Below, piece after piece: positions 52,119-64,000 of a stretch of 64,000 nt of DNA. The first letter of the stretch is position 1, and every line of letters starts with the position of its first letter. This DNA comes from Octopus vulgaris (lineage: Eukaryota): contig OX597814.1 of NCBI GenBank assembly GCA_951406725.2, positions 101,804,001-101,868,000 on the forward strand, read 5' to 3'. A program made the position numbers and the translations under genes. Under the pieces are notes generated by a model. That model ran no database searches. It saw only the letters and a list, made by a program, of their open reading frames with translations, and was not told the origin of the DNA.

Positions 52119-52620
52119 CCGTAAATCCTCAAGTATAGTCCACCCTTGAGTATAATATGCAGGGGATTTTTACGGGGCTGTACCTCTGAAAACCCTAAAC
52201 CTTATGTATAATACGCACTCCTTCTCTAGCTTGAGTCATGCGTAATTTAGCCAGTAGCACCTAGTCGCGTAATACAATAATGGTGATGTTCTTAACTGTT
52301 ATATCGGAATGTAAATATGTTTGCAAATTGTTTTTGTTGCATGTTATTCTGTGTTCTGAATACTTTTATTTTAATAAATGTTGCTTACTGCAAGTTATGG
52401 ATGATTCTTTTATGACTTCATTACTTTCAGGCTTAGCTTAAGGTATTTTCGCACCCAACATCACAAAATGCGTCTGAATAAACATTGCCGGACAGCAAAT
52501 CGAGACTCGAACATTGTTTAAAAAATATTTTTCATTTTTAACCTTGTATATAGAATGCATTAGGGATTTTGACCTTTAAATTTTGGGAAATAAATGTGGA
52601 TTATACTCGAGGATTCACGG
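52119..52620. mobile_element. Non-autonomous Tc2/pogo-like DNA transposon (~500 bp)
   Basis: 25-bp imperfect TIR CCGTAAATCCTCAAGTATAGTCCAC / GTGGATTATACTCGAGGATTCACGG with TA TSD on both sides. Confidence 0.8.
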
Positions 52621-53739
52621 TATTTCAAAATATCACACTACAATTTTTAAAGCACTGTAGAAGATAAGATTGACTCCCAGATTTGAGATAATGCAACATG
52701 ATTTTAATCCCTAGCTTGTCATTTCATTTATTTCACAACCACCTTTGGAAATGATATGAACATCTCAGAATCCTGTTTCATCCCAACTAAATCATAGACA
52801 TGTGAGCTGAGTCAAAGCAACTGATATTTCTCCTATATTTGTTCCATAAAAATGCGAACAGCAGCATAAAAAAAATACAAATAAAGAGTCTTAAACGTCT
52901 TTCTACTTTAGGCACAAGATCTGAAATTTTTGTAGTGTTTTTGCCTAGTCTAACACATGTTGATTCCCATGATCCTGAAAGAATGAAAGGTAGAGTGAAC
53001 CATGGTGGATTTTGAACTCATAATCTGAAGATAAACAAAATGCTACTATATATTTTATCCAGCATACTAATAATTTTTCCATCTCATCGCTTTTTAAGAG
53101 TCAAATAACGAGAGCTGAATTGACTTACTTTCGACAATGTTTTCTTGATTTAACTATATGCTTTTAACAATTGTATTTAGAAACTACATGATTTCAAAGT
53201 GCCATTCTTAACCATGCAACTACATTTACATCTATATTAAACAATATATATTTCATATGAAATACATTAAATAATCTATATTGACTGAGTCATGCAATAT
53301 AAACCACAGCTGTCTCACTTTTTTTAATTTATTTATTTTTTTTATTTTATCTTATCTTCTATTCTTTGCAGAAAATTTCTTTATGTTTCTGAAAAACTTC
53401 TTTCTCTTGCTTCCCCACTTTATGATCCTGCAAGGAAATGTTCAGTTAATGGTTATGATTAAGAATTTAGGGGTAGGATTATGTTTTCAAGTCAGGATTT
53501 CAGGTTAGATTTTAGGGATAGATTTATACAGAAAGAGAAAATGTTTGAAAACAAAGGAATTTGTGATTTAAAAAATTTTTTTATTTGCAGTCATAATCTC
53601 CAACGTTTACAACTTAGAAATCTGAAAACAAAGTTTCTAAATAAATTAGAAATTTAAAAGGTTTGGAGGGAGGATGTTAATTGCTCATATATCTTTGTAT
53701 ATCAATATACATTTCATATACATTGGTGTATATGTGTGG

Positions 53740-53771
<32 letters not shown>

Positions 53772-54066
53772 TTATTTATATGCTGCTTGGATTGCCATGG
53801 CTAGAATAGCATTGTGTTTCTTTATACAGTTGGTTATTAAAATTTGAGCTATTTTTGATGAAAGAAATAATGAACAATGTATATCTGTGACAAATAATTT
53901 ATTGTGTTTTAAGTAATAATCTTATGCAGAATCATAATGATTCTCATTTAGCAAATTGACTGTCAACTGTCTTCTTTAATAACATCAACAGAAAAAAAAG
54001 TAATGTAATGATGACACAATGAATTATGATTCCTAATTTTTCACTTTTTTTTTTCTTTTTCTTCAG

Positions 54067-54414
54067 AGTGGTAATAAGTACCTTGTTCTTAAAAAGCAAT
54101 ACCGTTCAAACAAACTTCTTGGAAATAAGATCTCTCATTTTGAACCACAATCCCCTCCAGCAACACATGCATCTGCACCAACATCACATGAAGGCGAAAA
54201 GACTGACAATGTTGTCCGACAGAGCAAGCGAGCCAAATCAGAGCCACCTAACATGCAGCTGTCAGCTGGTATTCAAATAACCATCCAAGAACCACAATCA
54301 GAAACCGATGAAACCATTTCCAAGAGCCAAAGTGAAAATAATTTACAAAACAGTAAATCTCCAAATCTCGGACAAAGCAGCAACACTGCCTCTACATCAT
54401 CAGTTGCCTCAACA
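54067..54414 (+). CDS. SOWAH: SOWAH-like gene, coding exon 3
   Basis: Long polypyrimidine tract and CAG| acceptor; donor ACA|GTAAGT. Phase 0 join gives SGNKYLVLKKQYR (family motif KYxVLKKxY) followed by a 100-aa S/Q/E/P-rich linker. The ankyrin repeats would lie beyond the window. Confidence 0.88.
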
Positions 54415-54858
54415 GTAAGTGTGGATCATATCAATTGGCTTTTTTCCTGTTCAAAATTCTTAGGCTTGCATGTTTGATGCTGCATGTGCACGTTGTTATT
54501 TTATTTTAAAATCTTTGTTATAAAGTCACTTGTTCTTTTTTTCCAGATTTTATAGTGTAATATTTTAATGATGATTAAAAAAATTTTTGGTTTTCTCTTC
54601 ATCCTTTTTAATCAAAAGATGCCACTCTGTGTCTCTTATCATAATCCATAGTTTCAAATGTACAAAATGAAAGAAAATTATTTTGGGGGTTGGTTATTAC
54701 TCCAGTGTTTATGAGAATAGTTACCCACTTTTAAAATTGAGTCAATAAAACGCATAGGCTATGTGTGACCAACAATGTTTACATTATTAGAACTGCTTTA
54801 ATTTAAAATATATACATATATATGTGTGTATATATATATATATATGTATATAAATGTT

Positions 54859-54902
<44 letters not shown>

Positions 54903-54906
54903 CATA

Positions 54907-55630
54907 CAGGGGTTGGACAAAATACTGGAAACATCTTAAAATTTCAAACAAATTTATTTTAACATGGGGTTGGACTGTCTTTGGCAGTAAATTACAACTT
55001 GAATACTATGAGGCATGGACTTGTACAAAGTTTGAATTGTTTCCAAAGGAATTTTTGTCCATTCTTCAACTAAAACAGTCTCCAGTTCTTGTAGTGATGG
55101 TGGTGGAGGTTTCGACTCCTTACTTGTTTTTCTAAAATGCACCATAGATGTTCAATGATATTGAGATCTGGGGACTGTGGTGGCCAGATAAGATGTTCAA
55201 CTTCATTAGAATGTTCCTCGTGCCATTCAGTAACAACTTGGTGCATTACCATCCTGAAAGATTGCATTTCCCTTCAGAAACAGTTCCGCAACCTTAGGAT
55301 GAATTTGGTCAGATAAAATGCTTAAATAGTCTTGACTATTAATTCTGCCATGAAGGGAAACCATTGGGCCAGCAGATTTTCAAGATATAGCGCCCCCCCC
55401 CCAAACATCACAAATCCTCCTCCATGTTTAACAGTTGGAAGAAGGCTGTCTCTACATGTATACTCGGCCAGTGGTTGGAAATAAGGTAAAGGATGACTCG
55501 TCCAAGAAAATAACATTCTTCCACTGCTCTTGGAACCAATTCTGTAGGTTTTTACTTCACTCTAAATGCTTTGCAACATTTGTTTATGAAAGTTGTGGTT
55601 TTCTGATTGCAGCCTTCCTGTGAAATCCAG
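54907..55630 (-). mobile_element. Decayed Tc1-family transposon (DD34E region plus right TIR)
   Basis: Minus-strand motifs LLPTVKHGGG, WPPQSPDLNIIEHLW and LQELETVLVEEWTKIP with frameshifts. TA followed by TIR CAGGGGTTGGACAAAATA. Confidence 0.85.
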
Positions 55631-56166
55631 TGTTGAGGCAAGTGAAATCAAAATCGATGACTGGCACCCATGCCAGTGGAGCACTGAGAGCACTGTCCAA
55701 ACATGATCGTTGCCAGAGCAGCTGACTGGCTTCCATGCCGGTGGCACATAAAAAGCACTATTTGTGTGTGATTGTTACCAGCGTCGCCTTACTGGCACGT
55801 GAAAAACTATTCGAGTGAGGTCGTTGCTAGTGCTGCTGGACTAGCTCCTGTGCAGGTGGCACATAAAAAACACCATTTGAGTGTGGCCTTTGCCAGTACC
55901 GCCTGACTGGTCCTCATGCCAGTGACACATAAAAGCACCCACTACACTCTCAGAGTGGTTGGCGTTAGCAAGGGTATCCAGCTATAGAAACTTTGCCAGA
56001 TCAGATTGGAGCCTAGTGCAGCCATCTGGTTCGCCAGTCCTCAGTCAAAATCGTCCAACCCATGCTAGCATGGAAGGCAGACATTAAACGATGATGATGA
56101 TGTATGTATATATAAATATATATTCACCTCATCCCATGTCTGTATATATGTATGTATATATAAGTA

Positions 56167-56213
<47 letters not shown>

Positions 56214-56249
56214 TGTGTGTGTGTGTGTGTGTATATATATGTCTGTATA

Positions 56250-56288
<39 letters not shown>

Positions 56289-56432
56289 CTGTATATATCT
56301 ATGTGTGTGTACATGTATATATATATATATATGTGTGTGTGTCTGTGTGTGTGTGCATGTGTATATATATATGCGTGTGTATATATATATGTGTGTATAT
56401 ATACTTCGAGCTTACCAGTTCTCAATCAAACC

Positions 56433-58638
56433 AATGGGCCCCAATTTTGCCAACCTCTTTGTTGGCCACATTGAGGCCCAAGCATTCTGCCAGTTCTCCA
56501 GGCTGAGCTCAGAGCTATACGGTCGCTACATAGACGACTGTATAGGTGCCACTTTCCTCTCCCATGAACAACTCTGCCACTTCATCTCTTTCCTCTCTAA
56601 CTTCCACCATTCTCTCCAATTCACTTCTACTATCTCTGACATCTCTGTTAACTTCCTCGACATCTCTCTTACCATTGACCACCCCTCCCACTCTCACCAC
56701 CTCTGCCTTCTTCAAACCCACAGATTCTCATCTCTACCTCAACTCCTCCTCCTCCCATCCCTTCCACACCAAACGGGTCATCCCCTACTCCCAATTCCTC
56801 TGCCTCCGACGCTTGTGCAGCCATGACCAGGATTTTGAGACTCTGTCACAGTACCTGGCCCACCTGTTCAGGCATCAAGGATACCCCCAACCCTTGTCCA
56901 GAATGCCCTTTCCCATGCTCGTCAAATCGACTCATCACCACTCTTTCTCCTTCCTCTCACCAACGCCCTAACCACACCCCCTTTCCCCTCCTTTTCCACC
57001 CCTCCACTCTACCTCTTCGTTGGAGGATACTACAGGCCTTCTGTCGTCTCCAGCTCGATCCCACCACCCACTTCATTTTCCCTAACACACCCTTGTCCTC
57101 CTTCAAACGCGCCCGGGACCTACATGATCTCCTGGTCCGTAGCACCTTCTCCTATTCCCCCTCAGCCCCACATGGATCCTTCCCATGCTCCAGATCCCGC
57201 TGCAACACCTGCCCCTTCATCACCAACACCACTTCTATCACTGGTTCTAACCAACAAACTGTGTTTATTAGAAATTCCTTCACTTGCACTTCTTCTAGCC
57301 TCATCTACTACATTAAATGCAACCTCTGTGGGAAGCTTTATGTAGGTTAGACAGGCCGCTGACTGTCCAACCAGTTCACCGAACATCTAAGAGATGTTCG
57401 GCTACGTTCCAACACTCCTGTCGCCCGTCACTTCCGCTTGGCCAACCATTCCCCTCTAACATCTCTGTCTTTGGCCTCGCTCTACACTATGGATCCCCAG
57501 AAACAAGGCTTCACTTGGAACAGCGCTATATCTTCAATTTACAGACCTCTATCCCGCACGGACTTAACACAACCCTCTCTTCTTATTGATTGCCTCTACA
57601 CCTCCCGCAACAAGCAACTTTATTTCTTTTCTCATTTTTTATTTCTTACTTGTAATTGCGTCTTTTATATTGGATTTACTTCCTTATATTTTATTGTTTT
57701 TATAATTTTTTGTTTTTTTTATTGTTTATAATTTATTGTTTTTATTTCTATATACACGAACACATACACACACATACGTATTCACAAACGCACATATACC
57801 TCCCACACACCACACACATACAACATACATACATGCACATATACACACACATACTTCCACACACATACACACACTTACACAAACATACACACACAGAGGA
57901 ATGCACAGATACTATCCCACACAACCCCACACACACACAGGCACACATACCTTTAGACACACTCACATATAAACATACACCACCACATACACATACTCAA
58001 GCACACACGCGTACACACGACAAAATGGACACAACCTGACACACATCTCCATGTTCACACACACTAGCACAGGTTCGCGCATATACCTCCAACAAACAAT
58101 ACACATACAGACACACACACAATTATACAGCCATGGGCAAAAACACACACGCACATACACACGCACTTAAGCACACACACACACAAGCACATGCACGCAC
58201 ATACACACAGGTACACACATTATGCCTACACAAACCCCCACACACACACAACCCACGCACATACGCATACACAAATCCACATATACCCCTATACATATAT
58301 ATACACACAATACATGCATACACGCGCACACACACATACACATATAGACACACACACAAACATGCGCGCACACACGCATGCACACGAATGCACACACCTA
58401 ACACTCACAACCCCACAGATACATGTATATACAACCACATACACACACACATACACACGCACATACGACATGCACACACATACACACACACACAAATGAA
58501 CCCACACATACCTCCCATACACACAGCACACACTTATACATACACGCACACAATTATACATATATGTATATACACATACAAGCACACACATGCACAAAAG
58601 AAAGCACAGTTATTCCCCACACATGCGACCACACACAT

Positions 58639-58671
<33 letters not shown>

Positions 58672-59126
58672 GAATACATATACATACATGCACACATGCA
58701 TACTTCAAACTACCAGTACCTTCCATTGACCATTCTTCTATGCACATGGGTAGGTAGACACAAGAGACACTCCTACTATCATTCTTCCTATGACCTTAAA
58801 CAATACTAAGCCCAACCACACACATAGATTAACAGTCACACACACATACCACCTTCTCTTGCACTCTCCTGTCTTTGAAAGAACTTTTTTTTCACCCATT
58901 CCCTTCCGGTCATTCAATATGTGACCGCGTGTGTATCGTTGGCAATTTTTTTCCTCCGTCTTCCTTTCCTTGGATCTTTCCTTTTCCTATGTTTCTGATG
59001 AAAAGCTCCGCTCGAAATGTTAAATCCTCCTTATTTCTTTCCTTTCCTGAGCGTCCAATAACACTATACTTGTTCCACGTCCTCGCATTGTTGTGTTTTC
59101 TCTTTGTGTTTTCATGTTTGGATTAA
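56433..59126 (+). mobile_element. Decayed 5'-truncated Neptune-type Penelope-like element
   Basis: MGPNFANLFVG, YGRYIDD, VNFLDI, KPTDSHLYL..SSHP, IPYSQFL.LRRLCS, CSRSRCNTC, FTCTS..IYYIKCNLCGKLYVG*TG across frameshifts (56433-57589). Then a CA-rich 3' region and a terminal HHR. Confidence 0.85.
58991..59025 (+). ncRNA. Minimal type I hammerhead ribozyme of the Neptune-type PLE (slightly degenerate)
   Basis: GTTT-CTGATGA-A-AAGC/TCC/GCTC-GAAATGTT-AAAT. The consensus with the 7256-7290 copy gives an intact GAGC/GCTC stem and palindromic AACGTT. Confidence 0.7.
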
Positions 59127-59615
59127 CTTTATACATATATCATCATCATCATCATCATCGTTTAACGTCCGCTTTCCATGCTAGCATGGGTTGGACGGTT
59201 CAACTGGGGTCTGGCAAGCCCGAAGGCTGCACCAGGCCAGTCAGATCTGGCAGTGTTTCTACAGCTGGATGCCCTTCCTAACGCCAACCACTCCGAGAGT
59301 GTAGTGGGTGATTTTATGTGCCACCGACTCAGGTGCCAGTCGACGCTGGCAGACGGCCACGCTCGGATGGTGTTTTTTATGTGCCACCGACACAGGTGCC
59401 AGACGAGGCTGGCTGACGGCCACGCTCGGATGGTGTTTTCTTATGTGTCACCGACACAGGTGCCAGACGAGGCTGGCGGACGGCCACGATGTATATATAT
59501 ATATATATGTGTGTGTATATACATATCTATATATGTATAGATAAATATGTGTATAAATATGTATATATGAATATGTATATATAAATATGTGTATAAATAC
59601 GTATATAAATATGTA

Positions 59616-59653
<38 letters not shown>

Positions 59654-60384
59654 TGTATGTATGTATATATCTATATGTGTATATATATATGTATATGTAT
59701 ATATGTATATAAATATGTACATGTGTATACGTATATGTATGTGTGTATCAAATTCGACGACTGGTATCCGTGCTAGCAGGGTGCTAAGAGCACCATACGA
59801 GTGTGATCATTGACAGAGCGGCTATTCTAGTGTGATCGTTACCAGCATCGCCTTACTGGCACTTGTGCCCGTGCTAGTAGGGTGCCAAGAGCACCATCCA
59901 AGTGTCATCGTTGCCAGAGCGGTCAACTGGCTCCGTGCCGGTGGCACGTAAAAGAGCACCATTTGAGCGTGATCATTACCAACGTCGCCTTACTGGCTCC
60001 TGTGCCGGTGGCACATAAAAAGCACCCACTACACTCTCGGAGTGGTTGGCCTTAGGAAGGGTTCCAGCTGTAGAAACTCTGCCAGATTAAGATTGGAGCC
60101 CAGTGTGGCCGTCAGGTTCGCCAGCCCTCTGTCAAAATTGTCCAACCCATGCTAGCATGGAAGGCGGACGTTAAACGATGATGATGATGATGTATGTATG
60201 TATATATAAATATATATACACCTCATCCCATATCTGTATATATATATATAATGTATGTATATATATGTATGTTTATATAAGTATGTATATATGTAAGTAT
60301 ATATCTGTCAATTGTAAATAAGGTAAATAATTCCTCATCTCTTATAGAACTGTGTATATATGTGTGTGTATGTATATACATATG

Positions 60385-60438
<54 letters not shown>

Positions 60439-60448
60439 TGTATATATC

Positions 60449-60489
<41 letters not shown>

Positions 60490-60653
60490 ATATATATATA
60501 TATGTGTGTGTGTGTGTTCATGTGTATATATATGTGTGTGTGTGTATATATACTCGGAGCTTACCAGTTCTCAATCAAACCATCTAAGCCTTGCCTGCAT
60601 GGAAAGTGAACATTAAATGACGACGGTGATGATGATGATGATGACATATATGT

Positions 60654-60862
60654 ATAAACAAGGGTACAAGAATCACCAATTTCTAGAAATAGTCAGAAAA
60701 CAACTTGACAGCCACATTTCACAAGTTATCTCACAATAGAAAGGTGTTTTTGTTCACTCACTCACTTTTCCTCATTCGCATGTGGTTAGTGGTTCGTGTG
60801 GCTATCGAGTCATTTTCTGACTCTTATTTCTAGCAATTGGTACCTCTTGTACCCTTGTTTAT
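60654..60862. mobile_element. Foldback MITE (~210 bp) with ~63-bp imperfect TIRs
   Basis: ATAAACAAGGGTACAAGA...CAGCCACA mirrored by TGTGGCTA...TCTTGTACCCTTGTTTAT. Confidence 0.7.
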
Positions 60863-60946
60863 TAATTTGTTGTTAGGTTTTCATTGCTAATATGCCATCT
60901 AAATTATTATATATTTAAATATATTATATTTTTAATATATTAATAT

Positions 60947-61489
60947 AGGCGTGTGGCTCAGTGGTTAGGGTGTCAGCATCATGATTATAAGATTGTGGTT
61001 TCGATTCCTGGACCGGGCAACACATTGTGTTCTTGAGCAAAACACTTCATTTTACGTTGCTCCAGTCCACTCAGTTGGCAAAAATGAGTAACGCTGTGAT
61101 GGACTGGCGTCCCGTCCAGCTGGGGAAGACATGCCATAGAAACCATAGACGTAGCAGTGGCTGTGTGGTAAGTAGCTTGCTTACAAACCACATGGTTCTG
61201 GGTTCAGTCCCACTGCGTGGCACCTAGGGCAAGTGTCTTTTACTATAGCCTCGAGCCAACCAAAGCCTTGTGAGTGGATTAGGTAGACGGAAACTGAAAG
61301 AAGCCCGTCGTATATATGTATATATATTTATATGCATGTGTGTTTACATCCCCATAACTTAGCGGTTCGGCAAAAGAGACCGACAGAATAAGTACTAGGC
61401 TTACAAAGAATAAGTCCTGGGGTCGATTTGCTCGACTAAAGGCGATGCTCCAGCATGGCCACAGTCAAATGACTGAAACAAGTAAAAGA

Positions 61490-61528
<39 letters not shown>

Positions 61529-61820
61529 TACAGACAGGTGTGGCGTGTGGTAAGAAGTTTGCTACCCAGTCACATAGTTCTGGGTTCAGTCCCACCGTGT
61601 GGCACCTTGGGCAAGTGTCTTCTACTACAGCATAAGACTGACTGAAACCACATGAGTAGATTTGGTTGATAGAAACTGAAAAAGCCTGTCATATGTAAAT
61701 CTGTGTGTGTATGTCTCTGTCCCCCATCACCGCTTGACAACTGGTGTTGGTGTTTTTTGCATCCCCTGTAACTTAGCAGCTTGGCAAAAAGCAACTGATA
61801 GAATAAGTACTGGGTTTAAA
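60947..61820 (+). mobile_element. Cluster of three SINEs (family D, then two family A)
   Basis: Heads at ~60947, ~61150 and ~61535, homologous to other copies in the window. Confidence 0.8.
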
Positions 61821-61892
61821 AAGATATATATGAATATATATATAAACTATGCTAGCATGGAAAACAGCCATTAAATCATGATTATGATGTTT

Positions 61893-61951
<59 letters not shown>

Positions 61952-61982
61952 GTATATATATATTTGTGTATATATATATATT

Positions 61983-62033
<51 letters not shown>

Positions 62034-62987
62034 ATATATACACACTGTACTGTTCCATTGTTAGTAGGCACAGCTAAAAAAGTACTCAATCCAACAACAG
62101 ATAAGTATTATATTATAAACTCAGGATTTAAATGTGAGCTGCAGATTGTACAGTAACTGGATGGGCTTATATGGCATGTCGTGTACTTTACTGCAATCAG
62201 CCCATCTGATGACTGTACTGTTTGCGGCCCTGTGTTTATTAAATGATATATATGCATATGATTGTTTGTGGATATGAATATAGAAACAGACAGGCAGAGA
62301 CCTTTGGATTATTTTTAATTATTTAGTTCCATAGAGAACTAAAAACAGTAATTATTTTGTGTTACTAGGTCACTTTCAGAACACATGGGAAGAAATTACA
62401 CCTAAATGACTTATTTATTGAAAATTTGTTTGTTACTACATATGTGTAAACAGACATTCATATGCCAAAATCACAGACTTGATGACATGTTTTTGTTTAG
62501 AGTTTAGAAATCTTCAGTTAGAATCCAAATTCAACTAGGAATACAAGTGATCACTCTTTTAATGTTTACTGTCATCATTGTCAGTTTTCGTGTTAACACC
62601 ATTTAGTTTCAAACAGCTGTATGAATTATTTAAAGAAGTTCTGTTTCAGTAGAGAGATGGCATTAAAAACAAGAAAGAAAAAGAATTATAGGTGGAGACA
62701 CATCAAATTAATGTCATAGATGAAAGATAGTCTTGTTGGCAAGGAAACATTAAAAGTAAATGCTTTTAGATTTTCAAAATGGCAGCCATTGAGATAGCAA
62801 ACGTCTTCCAATATTAAATTTCACTTTATATTGAAAATTCTTATAGAACAGGGCTAAAGGTTGCATCCTGTAATAGTTTGGAGGGCATTTGAGTTGTGAC
62901 AGTCTGCCTCACAGTGGCCAGTGGCATGATAAAATGTACTGAGTCCATGCTGTAAAGTGTTTGGTAGTGGAAAGAGCATCCAGCCTA

Positions 62988-63252
62988 AGAGTTGCTGAAG
63001 CATGGAACAGACTGCCGGCATCAATTGTTAGTTGTCGGAGCAATGCATCCTTCAAAACTTCCATGCTTCCTGAGATTTGCTAACACTACACCTGATTTTC
63101 TCCCCTCTATATACACACAAGCATGTATCTGACTTCATACACTGTTCACTTTCCAGACATTTGTACATTACTGCATATTCTTTATATGCACTTTTGACAA
63201 GTTCTGGTTCACCTGAGCACTGTATACAATAATTTCATTATTATTATTATTA
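62988..63252 (+). mobile_element. CR1/L2-type LINE 3' end
   Basis: RVAEAWNRLPASIVSCRSNASFK (RVxxxWNxLP motif), then a 3' UTR and (ATT)n tail. Confidence 0.75.
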
Positions 63253-63817
63253 AAACAGTGCCAAAAATATGAAATAATTCAATACATTAATAAAGCCTAA
63301 TGGCATACACAGGACTAGCACTTACCATGCTAGTACTGTACCCACTAGTGGGGTGGTTAGATTGAAACATCTGATCAGATGTAAAATCCCCTCAACCATC
63401 ATCAAGCATTTGTGCACTTTCTTTGTGGTACAAAGAGAATTGACCTTGAGGATCATCAATCCTTCCACCACCAGAAATTCGGGGTTGCAACTATCAATGT
63501 TTGTGCAATGTAAGGAAGATTTGGTGAAATATAAAGATACTGTATGCAAGAAGTAAAACGTGTGCACATTTAAGTTTATGCTGATAATGTATTTAACCCT
63601 TTTGAGACACATGTTGTTTTAGTATGTGTAGCTAAAAAGACCAAAATTTTTTTCTGAGATTGATGTTGATGGGTGCATGTAGAAAACAAAGGATAAGATG
63701 CCTAAGACTACCTTATTAGTATGTAAAACTATATATTTGTTTATTCGACTTAACTGTTAAGTCAAATAAGCAAATACAATCATTCATCAACAGATGCTTG
63801 CATAGTATATTTAAAAT

Positions 63818-64000
63818 TAGATGGCCTGAACACATAAGCAATATGGAGCTATGGCAAAGAACAAATCAAGTTTTGATTAGGGAGCAAATATTTAAGAAAA
63901 AGTGGAAGTGGATTGGTAGCAGAATTAGAAAAGACACACCAAATGTAGCGAAAAGTGCTTTGCAGTGGAATCCGAATGGATATAGAAAGAAATGTAGGCC
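63818..64000 (+). pseudogene. RTE LINE C-terminal fragment running off the window
   Basis: RWPEHISNMELWQRTNQ...KKWKWIG...ALQWNPNGYRK is the RTE C-terminal signature. Confidence 0.75.

Noticed and set aside
62138-62228. SECIS element or C/D box snoRNA
   Set aside because: There is no 5' AUGA quartet on either strand. TGATGA lies in the 3' arm with no downstream CTGA D box.
63322-63612. ORFs as a fourth SOWAH exon or a separate gene
   Set aside because: No convincing phase-0 acceptor/donor pair and no ankyrin or other recognisable motif.

Overview
Eukaryotic, AT-rich, repeat-dense genomic DNA. The tRNA-derived SINE families and (TA)n/(TACA)n microsatellites point to a cephalopod, probably Octopus (inference). 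The only well-supported host gene is on the + strand: three coding exons (25116-25239, 38515-38576, 54067-54414) that splice in frame into the N-terminus of a SOWAH/sosondowah ankyrin-repeat family protein, and the gene continues beyond the window. The rest is mobile DNA. It includes a 5'-truncated but open-ORF Naiad-type Penelope-like element (PLE) with an Asn-rich linker and a 3.7-kb repeat-built 3' region ending in a hammerhead ribozyme (HHR). It also includes a decayed Neptune-type PLE, RTE/Tx1/R4/CR1 LINE fragments, mariner/Tc1/pogo/piggyBac/Helitron remnants and dozens of SINEs. Four observations stand out. (1) Six type I hammerhead motifs of several unrelated sequence types, two with greatly extended stem II. 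(2) The Naiad 3' region, built from direct and inverted copies of one unit that differ mainly by C>T and A>G. (3) Three intronic hairpins with strong sense-strand G.U bias (pre-miRNA-like). (4) A stand-alone tRNA-Thr(GGT)-like element. Most ORFs in the supplied track are microsatellite or SINE artefacts. All structures and alignments were made by eye; none was computed.
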